Assembly (NCBI RefSeq): GCF_018977255.1
Contig: NW_024704742.1
Span: forward strand, 22,694,001-22,758,000
Origin: Callorhinchus milii
Taxonomy: Eukaryota
Length of the DNA: 64,000 nt
Direction: 5' to 3'
Positions 50,901 to 59,000 of this stretch are shown piece by piece. Position 1 is the first letter of the stretch. Each line of letters starts with the position of its first letter. The notes below the pieces were generated by a model. It was not told the DNA's origin. It was given only the letters and a program-made list of their open reading frames with translations, and did no database searches. Both the position numbers and the translations under genes were made by a program.

Positions 50901-53491
50901 AAGGTTAGTCAAAGGTAGGGTGGGTCCAATTAGGGACCAAAGAGGAAATCTTCTTGTGGAGGCTGACGTACTGAATGAGTATTTTGCATCTGTCTTCACA
51001 AAAGAAGAGGATGCAGCCAATGCCACAGTATTGGAGAAATTGGATCAGATATGAATAAACTGAGAGGAGATACTAAAGGTAGATGCTCAAGGTAGATAAG
51101 TCACCCGGTCCAGACGGGATGCATCCTAGGTTACTGAGGGAAGTAAGGGTGTAAATAACGGAGGCTCTGGCCACAATCTTTCGATGCCAGAGGGCTGAAG
51201 GGTTGCAAATGTTACTCCCCTGTACAAAAAGGGACAGAAGGATAAACCCAGGAACTACAGGCTAGTCAGCCTAACGTCAGTAGTGGAGAAACTTCTAGAG
51301 ACTATAATCCGGGTCAAAATAAATAGTCAAAAGTCAAAATAAATTTTCACTTAGAAAAATATGGGTTAATGAAGGACAACCAACACGGATTTGTTAAAGG
51401 CAAATCATGTCTAACAAAGTTGATAGAGTTTTTTGATGAAGTAACAGAGAAGGTGGATGAAGGTAGTGTAGTTGATGTAGTTTATATGGATTTTCAAAAG
51501 GCGTTTGATAAAGTGCCACATAAGAGACTTGTAAGCAAAATAGAAGCCCACAGTATTAAAGGGACAGTGGCTGGGATACAGAACTGGCTGGGAGACAGAA
51601 AGCAGAGAATGGTGGTGAATGGTTTTTTTCTGACTGGAGGGAGGTGTGCAGTGGTGTCCCCCCAGGGGTCGGTATTGGGACCACTGCTGTTTTTGATCTA
51701 TTTAAATGACTTGGATTTGGGTATAAGGAGTACAATTTCAAAGTTTGCAGATGATACCAAGCTAGGAAAGGCAGTAAGGAGGATAGTAGCAGATTGCAAA
51801 TGGACATAGACAGACTGGTAAAATGGGAAGAAGGGTGGCAGATGAAGTTTAGTGTGGGGAAATGCAAAGTGATGAATTTTGGGAGGAAGAATGAGGAAAG
51901 GCAATATAAACTGATGGTAGAATCTTAAAGGGGGTGAAGGAACAGAGAGACCTGAGGGTTCATATAAGTAAATCTTTGAAGGTGGCAGGACAGGTAGAAA
52001 AAATCATATGGGACACTCGGCTTCATAAATGGGGGCATAAAATACAAAAGTCAGGAAGTTATATAAAACTTCTATAAAACCCTGGTTAGGCCTCAGCCAG
52101 AGTACTGTTCAGTTCAGGTATGGGCACCACACTTTAGGAAGGATGTCAAGGCATTGGAGAGGGTGCAAAGGAGATTTACCAGGATGGTACCGGGAATGAG
52201 GGACTTCAGTTATCAGGAGAGGCTGGAGAAGCTAGGATTATTCTCCTTGGAGCAGAGAATGTTAAGAAGACATTTAATCGAAATTTTCCAAATTATGAGG
52301 GGATTCGATAGGGTGAACAAGGAGGAACTATTTCCACAGGTGTGCGGGTCGGTAAACTGAGGACACCGATTTGAAATAGTTGTTGAAAGAAACAGAGGAG
52401 AGGTGAGGAGAAATTATTTCACACGAGTTGTTTGGATCTGGAATGCATTGCCTGAAAGGGTGGTGGAAGCCAATTTGATAACGACTTTTAAGAAAGTAGA
52501 TTAAATTGTGGATGTTGGCGTATCATTTGGTTGGGGATTGGGGTGAGTGGGGTGGGAGGGGTTACACTTTGCAAGTGATCATGCTGAGCAGCCTAGCCTT
52601 GTTTACTTCTACTTGTTCCAGGTATTCTTGCGTTTGGTTGTTTGATGATCACTCTTATTGTGTTCTTCCTTGCTACCGTTCGGATGGAAATTGTTAACTT
52701 TCAGAAATTACTACTGTTCAGTGCAGCTTGTTTAGAACATTTGCATCCTCAGACTTGCCTCTCACTGAAGGTCAGAAAATCACTTAAGCGTTTCACCTCA
52801 GATTTAAGACCCTTATCCTAACGATCTTGAATCTTCTTCCTGCCGTCAGCTAAAAAATGTAAGAAATAGCTGTGCGCCTTCCATGTTGGGAAGACTACCC
52901 AAGGTCCTGCACAGTCAGGGATTTCGACCTGAGCAGGAGATTGGGAGGTGTGGGGGGAGGGTTGGAGGGTGGCCAAAGGCAGAGTTGAAGAGGAGGGTCT
53001 TGAGATGTGCCTTGAAGGAGGCAATGGAGGGAGCGAGGTGAAGGGACTGCGGGATGGAGTTCCAAAGGGAGGGATGGAGTTCCAAAGGGTGGGGGTAGAG
53101 AGTTTGAAGGCTTGACTGCCGATTGTAGGTCAGGATGGATGGAGTATGGAGCTCGCTGAGTGAAGGGAATGGACAGGCTGATATAGCATTAGCAGGTCAT
53201 AGAGGTAGGAAGGAGCAAGGCCGTTGAGGGCTTTGAAGACGAGGACAAGAATTTTGAACTCTTTCGTCTGGGGGATAACACCAAGAGGAGAGCTGAGCTG
53301 ACTCCAGTGTAACACAAGTGGTCAAACGTAATAAATTGCAGACTGCACTGAATGATGCTCAGTAATTACATTTGTTTTTCTTTTGTTCCCTCTCAGTTCA
53401 TGTGTCGCGAGAACCTGGTTGGCTTGAAGGAACCCTTGAGGGCAAAACGGGACTTATTCCGCGAAACTACGTTGAGTTCCTGGAGCACTGA
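4328..53491 (+). CDS. ARHGAP10: Rho GTPase-activating protein 10 (GRAF2), BAR-PH-RhoGAP-SH3; 5'-partial multi-exon gene, 18 coding exons in window
   Basis: Manually spliced 18 GT-AG exons give one open frame of 1833 nt ending ...[13 protein letters not shown]. Paralog-diagnostic motifs [40 protein letters not shown] and [14 protein letters not shown] resemble ARHGAP10 more than ARHGAP26/42/OPHN1. It is tail-to-tail with an NR3C2-like gene, as in other vertebrates. Confidence 0.92.
5651..5755 (+). CDS. ARHGAP10: ARHGAP10 coding exon, BAR domain ([35 protein letters not shown])
   Basis: Polypyrimidine tract plus ccag| acceptor, |gtgtgt donor, 105 nt, phase 0-0. Confidence 0.93.
6584..6713 (+). 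CDS. ARHGAP10: ARHGAP10 coding exon, BAR end/PH start ([26 protein letters not shown]...[10 protein letters not shown])
   Basis: tacag| acceptor, |gtgtgt donor, 130 nt, phase 0-1; EGYLY.QEK starts the PH domain. Confidence 0.92.
6920..7278 (+). mobile_element. L2 3' fragment
   Basis: Similar to 41990-42305 (CAGCGAGCTCTGG, CCTTCAAGGCC, CCTCCTGACATGAAAGGCACTA). Confidence 0.7.
7729..7835 (+). CDS. ARHGAP10: ARHGAP10 coding exon, PH domain ([35 protein letters not shown])
   Basis: ttccag| acceptor, |gtgagt donor, 107 nt, phase 1-0. Confidence 0.93.
8639..8733 (+). CDS. ARHGAP10: ARHGAP10 coding exon, PH domain ([31 protein letters not shown])
   Basis: catcag| acceptor, |gtaaaa donor, 95 nt, phase 0-2; KRFCFDIE motif. 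Confidence 0.93.
10358..10436 (+). CDS. ARHGAP10: ARHGAP10 coding exon, PH domain end ([26 protein letters not shown])
   Basis: ttgcag| acceptor, |gtaagt donor, 79 nt, phase 2-0. Confidence 0.92.
11642..11681 (+). CDS. ARHGAP10: ARHGAP10 small linker exon ([13 protein letters not shown])
   Basis: tgacag| acceptor, |gtaagt donor, 40 nt, phase 0-1; required to keep frame between the flanking exons. Confidence 0.8.
12843..12908 (+). CDS. ARHGAP10: ARHGAP10 coding exon, RhoGAP start ([21 protein letters not shown])
   Basis: tttaag| acceptor, |gtaatg donor, 66 nt, phase 1-1. Confidence 0.92.
13201..13542 (-). mobile_element. Older long-subtype tRNA-derived SINE
   Basis: Reverse-complement tail, core, GTAGGAACC-like segment and head ending ACAGGACTCC. 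Confidence 0.8.
14688..14762 (+). CDS. ARHGAP10: ARHGAP10 coding exon, RhoGAP arginine finger ([24 protein letters not shown])
   Basis: aaacag| acceptor, |gtgagt donor, 75 nt, phase 1-1; GLYRxxG catalytic motif intact. Confidence 0.95.
16632..16719 (+). CDS. ARHGAP10: ARHGAP10 coding exon, RhoGAP ([28 protein letters not shown])
   Basis: ttctag| acceptor, |gtgagg donor, 88 nt, phase 1-2. Confidence 0.94.
16770..17105 (+). mobile_element. Ancient Deu-domain SINE (SacSINE1-like); related copies near 1210-1510(+), 29370-29680(-), 41090-41300(-), 57443-57750(+), 62030-62420(+)
   Basis: GTGTCAGCC..CTCAGTGG head, GGATGAGATGTT, GTGTCCTGGCCAACA, GTGGGATGTTGCTG...AAATTGGC segments; boundaries approximate. 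Confidence 0.65.
17411..17535 (-). mobile_element. Penelope-like element terminal remnant with degenerate hammerhead-like core
   Basis: - strand reads TTCTGATGAAGGGTCCTGAAATATTAATTC...ATGCTGCCCAACCTGCTGAGTG...CAGATTTCCAGGATCTGCAGTATTT, resembling an abundant chondrichthyan repeat (recalled, not searched). Confidence 0.55.
17816..17874 (+). CDS. ARHGAP10: ARHGAP10 coding exon, RhoGAP ([19 protein letters not shown])
   Basis: ttacag| acceptor, |gtaggt donor, 59 nt, phase 2-1. Confidence 0.92.
18585..18790 (+). mobile_element. 5'-truncated SINE (core plus tail)
   Basis: Core and tail similarity, (TTA)n end. Confidence 0.8.
18936..20515 (-). mobile_element. CR1-clade LINE, 5'-truncated and degenerate (RT domain plus 3' UTR)
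   Basis: Fragmentary ORF2 peptides [78 protein letters not shown]; 3' tandem repeat (ttcttatg)n. Confidence 0.93.
20646..20983 (-). mobile_element. Full-length young tRNA-derived Deu-domain SINE
   Basis: tRNA-like head with A box TAGCTCAGTGG and B box GTTCAATTCC, Deu-like core CTGTTTGTGGGACATTGCTGTGCGCAATTGGCTGCCGCG, L2-like tail, (TTA)n end. Confidence 0.9.
21189..21294 (+). CDS. ARHGAP10: ARHGAP10 coding exon, RhoGAP ([34 protein letters not shown])
   Basis: ttgtag| acceptor, |gtaaga donor, 106 nt, phase 1-2. Confidence 0.94.
22294..22453 (+). CDS. ARHGAP10: ARHGAP10 coding exon, RhoGAP end ([53 protein letters not shown])
   Basis: ttccag| acceptor, |gtgact donor, 160 nt, phase 2-0; [16 protein letters not shown] motif. 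Confidence 0.96.
22918..23222 (+). mobile_element. Young tRNA-derived SINE (small internal deletion in core)
   Basis: Same head and tail as the 20646 and 37508 copies; lacks about 20 nt of core after GTGGGACA. Confidence 0.9.
23873..23904. repeat. (TG)n microsatellite
   Basis: Uninterrupted TG run. Confidence 0.9.
26731..26875 (+). CDS. ARHGAP10: ARHGAP10 coding exon, post-GAP linker (IFSTAPDG...[15 protein letters not shown])
   Basis: ttccag| acceptor, |gtaagc donor, 145 nt, phase 0-1; IF..PD start and RP.AVYN motif as in GRAF2. Confidence 0.88.
32428..32640. repeat. (CT)-rich low-complexity tract
   Basis: Degenerate CT repeats. Confidence 0.8.
33149..33317 (+). CDS. ARHGAP10: ARHGAP10 coding exon, Ser/Pro-rich linker ([23 protein letters not shown]...DLAAS)
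   Basis: ttctag| acceptor, |gtaagt donor, 169 nt, phase 1-2; DTPT.S..S.SS motif. Confidence 0.85.
33665..33852. repeat. Imperfect about 190-bp palindrome (MITE-like)
   Basis: CTGACATCACTT (33693-33704) pairs with AAGTGATGTCAG (33821-33832); outer GGCTGATTTCTGGGTC with GACCCAAATGTCGGCC; inner GGAAACG with CGTTTCC. Confidence 0.65.
37233..37930 (-). mobile_element. Older long-subtype tRNA-derived SINE split by the insertion at 37508-37842
   Basis: GAGTAAGGAAACTT|GCCTAAGG joins across the insert to recreate the consensus GAGTAAGGAAACTTGCCCAAGG. Confidence 0.8.
37508..37842 (+). mobile_element. Full-length young tRNA-derived SINE nested in an older antisense SINE
   Basis: Intact head, core, tail and (TTA)n; host halves at 37233-37507 and 37843-37930 on the - strand. 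Confidence 0.92.
38648..38865. repeat. (CT)-rich low-complexity tract
   Basis: Degenerate CT repeats. Confidence 0.8.
40208..40415 (+). mobile_element. Diverged SINE head and partial body (long subtype)
   Basis: GTGGAGTCCTGTAGCATAGTG...GTTTCCTTA...GTAGGAACCCGGTT. Confidence 0.7.
40450..41045 (+). mobile_element. Old CR1 RT fragment
   Basis: Degenerate [19 protein letters not shown] and ALEAVQRR peptides; boundaries approximate. Confidence 0.65.
41700..42305 (+). mobile_element. L2-clade LINE 3' fragment
   Basis: Degenerate [15 protein letters not shown] and EFKILVL..KALH-type ORF2 C-terminus; 3' tail CAGCGCCTTGGG..CCTGACGTGAGAGGTGCTGTAC. Confidence 0.8.
43695..43805 (+). CDS. ARHGAP10: ARHGAP10 coding exon, Ser/Pro-rich linker ([36 protein letters not shown])
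   Basis: ccacag| acceptor, |gtatgt donor, 111 nt, phase 2-2; SMV.WLN motif like GRAF2. Confidence 0.82.
44500..45290 (-). mobile_element. L2-clade LINE RT fragment
   Basis: - strand peptides VSQGSVL and YTDDNEIY (degenerate YADD); boundaries approximate. Confidence 0.7.
45385..45610. repeat. (GT)/(GACT)-rich low-complexity tract
   Basis: Degenerate TG and TGAC repeats. Confidence 0.75.
46947..47270 (+). mobile_element. Full-length young tRNA-derived SINE
   Basis: Same head, core and tail as the 37508 copy; (TTA)n end. Confidence 0.9.
47750..47841 (+). CDS. ARHGAP10: ARHGAP10 coding exon, SH3 N-half ([30 protein letters not shown])
   Basis: tcacag| acceptor, |gtgagt donor, 92 nt, phase 2-1; SH3 ELSF motif. 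Confidence 0.94.
49030..52505 (+). mobile_element. Near full-length degenerate CR1-clade LINE: ORF1 (Cys-rich N-terminus plus SGNH esterase remnant) and ORF2 (APE endonuclease plus RT)
   Basis: ORF1 start [16 protein letters not shown] at 49202, then [11 protein letters not shown]...DGLHLN...GLN* ending 49673. ORF2 motifs [75 protein letters not shown]. Many stops and frameshifts. 5' boundary approximate. Confidence 0.93.
52935..53300 (-). mobile_element. L2-clade LINE 3' fragment
   Basis: ORF 53130-53315(-) [24 protein letters not shown], typical of the L2 ORF2 C-terminus. Confidence 0.8.
53397..53491 (+). CDS. ARHGAP10: ARHGAP10 terminal coding exon, SH3 C-half ([30 protein letters not shown])
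   Basis: tctcag| acceptor, TGA at 53489-53491; GW...GLIP.NYV SH3 motif. Confidence 0.95.
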
Positions 53492-53644
53492 GCATTTGTG
53501 GACTGAACGCTATTCATGGTATCCATGGCTATCCTTCACAGGCTCCAGGCACTAACCCCTCTCTCTTGTGGACCTTACCATCATGTGTGAGACCAGCATG
53601 AGCTTCCTTCCATCAGCAACCCAGCATTTTGTTTTATGTCTTAT

Positions 53645-53650
53645 AATAAA
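53645..53650 (+). terminator. Candidate proximal poly(A) signal AATAAA of ARHGAP10
   Basis: AATAAA about 150 nt after the stop, with T-rich sequence downstream. Confidence 0.35.
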
Positions 53651-53867
53651 AAGCCAATGCTATTCTGTTTTTAGTAACAGCAGTCTCATGGTTCACAATA
53701 TTGTTGTATATTAGAGCAAATTATAATTCTATATACAATGGGGGCAATGTTTAGTGTAAAGGCTTCTTGTGAGGACTGCGCTAATATAACGGTTCATGCT
53801 TGCATTGGTGACCGCAGTTCTAAAACCTTCACAATCAGACAAATGTTATTCTGTAACTGCAACAGAA

Positions 53868-53873
53868 AATAAA
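53868..53873 (+). terminator. Candidate distal poly(A) signal AATAAA of ARHGAP10
   Basis: AATAAA followed by GT/T-rich sequence (gtttctgtcaaggtttttatt). Confidence 0.45.
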
Positions 53874-54591
53874 GTTTCTGTCAAGGTTTTTATTCATAAA
53901 ATCAACGTGCTAATGTGTGACTTCATTGTAAGAACTACTCCCAAAAACATTCTTGCTGGATAATTTCAATTCCAATTCATTTGGTAGGTTTAAACCATTT
54001 GAACTTAAGTTACAGTCATCTGTCTCCCGTTCTCCCCCGATGGCGCAATTGGAGAAGCCTTGAACTATTAATGGTTGGGGCTTCAATTGGCCTCAGACCA
54101 TCTATGGGAGGAGGAGTAAATGTTGGTTATGGTTCCAAATGTGGCCTTTGTGTGATACTACTGAGGACAGGATGAGGTAGTTGAATAACCTGCCGACTCA
54201 GTGTCTTGACTCCCACATGAAGGACCAAATGAGGGTCAGAAGGCGTACCTGGGACCACACTTTCCTATGCACTCCACTGTCCCATTATGTTTCAGCGCCT
54301 TGGGACATTCTACGACGTGAAAGGCGCTTTATAAATGTAATTTTGTTGTTGCTGTTGTTGTTATGTTAGTATTGGTTGGGAACCTCTTTGCTGTTGCGTC
54401 ATTCTTCTAGGAAGAGCATCTTAGTTGGAAAAAAACTGATGTTGTTCTGATCGACTTGTCCATTTGTAGAGCAATTTAGGTGTCAGAAGCCATCCTAGAA
54501 TCCATGTTTCACAGTGCTGCTAAAAGATTAAGCACTTGGTGAGACTGGGAGAGATGTTTAAGTCTTACCTTTACGGACCTCTGATTATAAT

Positions 54592-54917
54592 GTGGAGTCC
54601 TGTAGCTCAGTGGTTAGAGCACTCGCCTTGCAAGCGAGACACCTGGGTTCAATTCCAGGCAGGTCAGGGCGAAACCTTGGGCAAGTTTCCTTACTCCACA
54701 CGCCTAATAATAATCCCTCCAAAACAAAATAATAATAACTTGGTCATTTTCAATCCATGACTGTTTGTGGGACACTGCTGTGCGCAATTAGCTGCTGCGT
54801 TTTGCCCACAAATACACAGTCAATTCATTTTACAGCATATTCTGTGAAGCGCTTTGAGACATCTAGAAGACGTGAAAAGCACTATATCAAATGGAAGGAT
54901 TAATATTATTATTATTA
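54592..54917 (+). mobile_element. Full-length tRNA-derived SINE between the convergent stop codons
   Basis: Same head, core and tail; (TTA)n end. Confidence 0.9.
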
Positions 54918-55905
54918 ACTGACTTGAGTTGGCTTGCTGAGCAACCATATAATAACAGAAAACAGAACTAGTAACTGAATCATATTTTTTAATATTCTTT
55001 GCCAACACAAATGTAGATGCTTAAGTGCTTCCATGGAAATATAAATCAACTTATTTAGAACTATTTTATAATTCTGCATATCATTTGGATAAGTACAGTG
55101 TATGCATTACCGAAAAGTGCTACATCAGGACTCCCAACAGCGTAATATACAGAACTTTACAGCAAAGCACAGAAAATAGTACGGACATCTCTAAAAAGAT
55201 TGGAAGGGACCTTGGGTTCATGGGTTGTGGTTTGACCTTTCTACTCAGAATAGTTGTTCGGAAAGTTGTAAGAAAAGTAAGCCGTAAGCAGTTGTTTATG
55301 CATTTTATCCAGCAGTTAGTTAGTTCTCTATTTCCTACTGCACAGGACAAACAAAGATGGAACCCAAAAAGCACCGCAACAGTGTAGTGAAAAGCAATGT
55401 TGTTACAAAGCAAAAGTCACCAGTAATGGGCAAGAGGGAAAAATCATTTAACATGAAAATGATTACAAAATAGGGAAATATTTAATATAATTCAGCTGGT
55501 AAATCTGTTTTTTTTACAGCAGATGCTGTAAAATGGTTAAATTAGATATGATACTAAAAGGCACAGCTTTCCCTTTCTTAAATACACTGTAAACGTCAGA
55601 TCTTTTATGCATGCAGAAACATTTCACTTTACAAAAAAATTACTTTTTTTTAAAAAAAAGACTATTACAATTTTCCTGCCAAAATATATCTCTTTCAAAA
55701 AATACTTTTCCCACTCCTCCTTTAAACCATTGATTATATCCCTTTTCATCTCATTTACACAAGTTTCATGTTGCATCAGTTCAGGTCCTTCATTAAGCTT
55801 TCTTTAGTGTGTAGCAACATACAGGACAACAAGCCTGCGAAAATAATTTGTAAAGCCAGCAAAACAGGTGAGGAAAGTTTAAGGCAAAGTTCTTCTTTAA
55901 GACGA

Positions 55906-56061
55906 TCACTTCTTGTGAAAATAAAGGGATTTGGTCATTCCTGTTGTGACTTCTGGCAACTGGTCGTTGATGATCTCCACAAGCATGTCTGGAAACTCAA
56001 TATTCAGTGCCTTGGACTCCATAAACGTGTAGAAACAGAACTGCAGTAACCCACCAGCAAG
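55906..56061 (-). CDS. NR3C2: NR3C2 terminal coding exon (helices 10-12, AF-2): [51 protein letters not shown]
   Basis: tttcag| acceptor on - strand; TGA at 55908-55906. Confidence 0.93.
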   Translation of the reverse strand, partial: LAGGLLQFCFYTFMESKALNIEFPDMLVEIINDQLPEVTTGMTKSLYFHKK

Positions 56062-59000
56062 CTGAAATACAAAACCGACTGAGGTTAGAAATGGTATTTC
56101 CACTCAGCACAATCGATGTGTCCAGACTGGAAATCAAGTGCTTGAGGCACTGGACAATAAAATTTTAGAACAATAATAGCCTTCTGAGATACTAAAGTGT
56201 AGCAATTTACGAGATCTATCTACAGTTCTTGTGGGCAGGGTGGGGGGTTAGTGGGGTGCGTGGGCAGTGGGCGAAACTAAATTGCCAGTTTCTGCTTCAG
56301 AACCTCAGAATAAATGTGTTGTGTGGCCTCACACATAATGACAAAACTTGCATTCTGATCATCTGCACACCATGGCATACCTTACATTAGATAAACGTAA
56401 ACATATGCAAAAGGCATTACAGCGTCACAGAATACAATAACAACAGCTTGCATTTATATAGCGCCCTTCACTCAGAACAGCGTCTTGGAGTGCTGCAAAT
56501 GCATATATTATTATCTCACGCATTCTCACCACTGAATTCACAAATCAGTGTGCACATGTTCCATTCCAGGACACCATCCTGATCCACAGATTTAAATCAG
56601 TTTTTTTAATAAATAAATCAAACTCTAAGGAAATTTTTTTTAAAACGAACTGCTTGTCACCAAAATAATGCAGGTATTTTAGGTGAACATAGGTAAAATC
56701 AGTGTTAATGGGGGTGACAACATCTGAACTTTGCCAGGATTCCCAGAGCTCTGGTTGACTTAAATACCAAATTTTGAGATCTATTGAGGTCTTTGTGGAG
56801 TGACCTTGCTCTTCTCCTATAGCCCACTCCCACCCTTGCTCGCCTCCACTGGCTCCCCATCCCCCAGAGGATCGAATTCAAAATCCTCATCCTCACCTAC
56901 AAGGCCTTGCTCCCTCCTACCTCTCCGACCTATTATCCCCCTGCTTACCTGCTCGGGTTCCTACATACTGCTACGTAAACAGAGGTGTGTGGAATAAGAA
57001 AAGTTGCCCAGCATTTCGCCATCCTCGGGAATTGAACCCAAGTCCTCTTACTTGCAAGGTGAGTACTCTAACCACTGAGCTACATATAGAGGACTCCATG
57101 CCTCTGTTTACTTAGCAGAAAGTAGGAACCTGGTTATTAGTTGATTGGTGGATGCTTTCTGGGAGGTAAAAATCCCTTAAAAATCTTCCCTCGATGTATA
57201 CCAGATTTCTACTTCTAGGAGTGTGGATAAGGAAATTTGCCTAATGTTTTGCCCTGCCCAGGGATTGAACCCAGGTCTTCTCACTTGTAAGACGAATGCT
57301 CTAACCAATACACTGCAGGAATCCATTATTTCATCCACATAGCAGTTGAGTGAACACCCAACTATTGGTTTGTAGTCTAATTTCATTGTTAAGTGCCTTT
57401 GGGACTGACATCACAACTTTAATAGATATAGATTATTGGATGTGTGTCAGCCTCACTCAGTGGTAGTGCTCTCGTTTCTGAGTCAGAAGGTTATGGGTTC
57501 AACCTCTACATTAGGACTTGGAATCACATAGTCTAAAAGAGAAGGGAGTTTCTCCCGGTGTCCTGGCCAACAAATCTCTCAAATAAAATTGGTCACTCAC
57601 TTTGTAGCTGTTAGGGGGACATTCCAGTGCCGCGTTTCACCCACAAAATAGTCAATCCACTCTACAGTATATCCTGTAAAGTGCTTTGAGACATCTCAAC
57701 AAATTGATAAGGCACCATATGAAATACAAGGATTTTATTTATTATTATTTATCTAGTCAATAGCTCAATTATTATGTTTTTTTAAAAAAATGTAATAACA
57801 AATTGGGTATTGCTTTTAAAAAGCACCCTTTTACAATCAGACCGCTTTTGGTTGGTATATTGGCCCAAACTTCACATTATAATGCGATCTGACTATGTCT
57901 GTAATCGCCCAGTAGAATAGAATCAATGTTTATTTTTGAACCTTGAAGCTTGGGATAAATCAGGTTTAAAATACATTGATCTAGTCTAAGGCCTCCTCCC
58001 AACACTACTTTGGGAGATGATTTCAGGAACTGAAATCGATGCTTTGGCTGCGATTTAATAGGATTTGTACGACAGCTAAAATTAGCTCAGGTGATCTGTA
58101 ATGTTATCAAAGAGCTCGTCGCACTTCATAACATCAAGAGTCTTATCAGGTTTTAGTGCAGATTGGTTCCATCGGCAAATGAGTACAGGCACAGAGCTCT
58201 CCTTATCCTCCGGCCAATGTCACTTTATAATAAAAAATATAAATGCTGTATAAATGCCCTGCTCCAAATCACTTTAATAATTTAACAATACAATCGATCT
58301 TAGGAATAGCAGGTTGTGGTGGAGAAACAGAGAAACATCACCTCCAAGCATTTAAACTTTACAGTCAAAGTAAATGTTGTTGTATTTGTCACACAGTCAC
58401 TATACTTTCCAGTAAAGCACTTTGAATTGTTTCAAAGACGCTATATCGAAATAAAGGATTATAATTTTTAGGGCAGATCGTATTGAAGTCTCGGGGTGGT
58501 ATGACTCACTTCAGTTATCTGCAGGAGTCTCTGTGTGTGACTTGGAGTCTCTACAGCGACTGCTCTAGGTGGCAAGCTGAGAGAGCGAGCAAAATGTCCT
58601 CAAAAATCTGACTACAAAAACAGTGAAATGCTATATCTGATACTTACCTCGTGCATACAGTCAAGGATTTTGGTCAGCTGATAAAACCGTTGCCAGTTTT
58701 GCCCAGAGTTATTTTCGTTTCTTGCTATGATTCTCCTCAGCTCCTTAATGTAATTTGCCCTCATCTCCTCAAAATTAGCCAGACTGTTCAAGCCGTCTTT
58801 CGGGACTGTGTAGCACAAGACAAAGGAATGTTTCTGTTAGTGAGCATATGGACAAACCCTTTTTTCTAATATAAAGATTAACTCTATTTAATTCCCACCA
58901 AAGCCAATCATCCGCTGCCTTCAGACAACAATGGACTAGAAGGTGTGCATTGGGTTTAAATATTCTGTACTGGAATAAGTTCAAGTATTCTCACTGGTTA

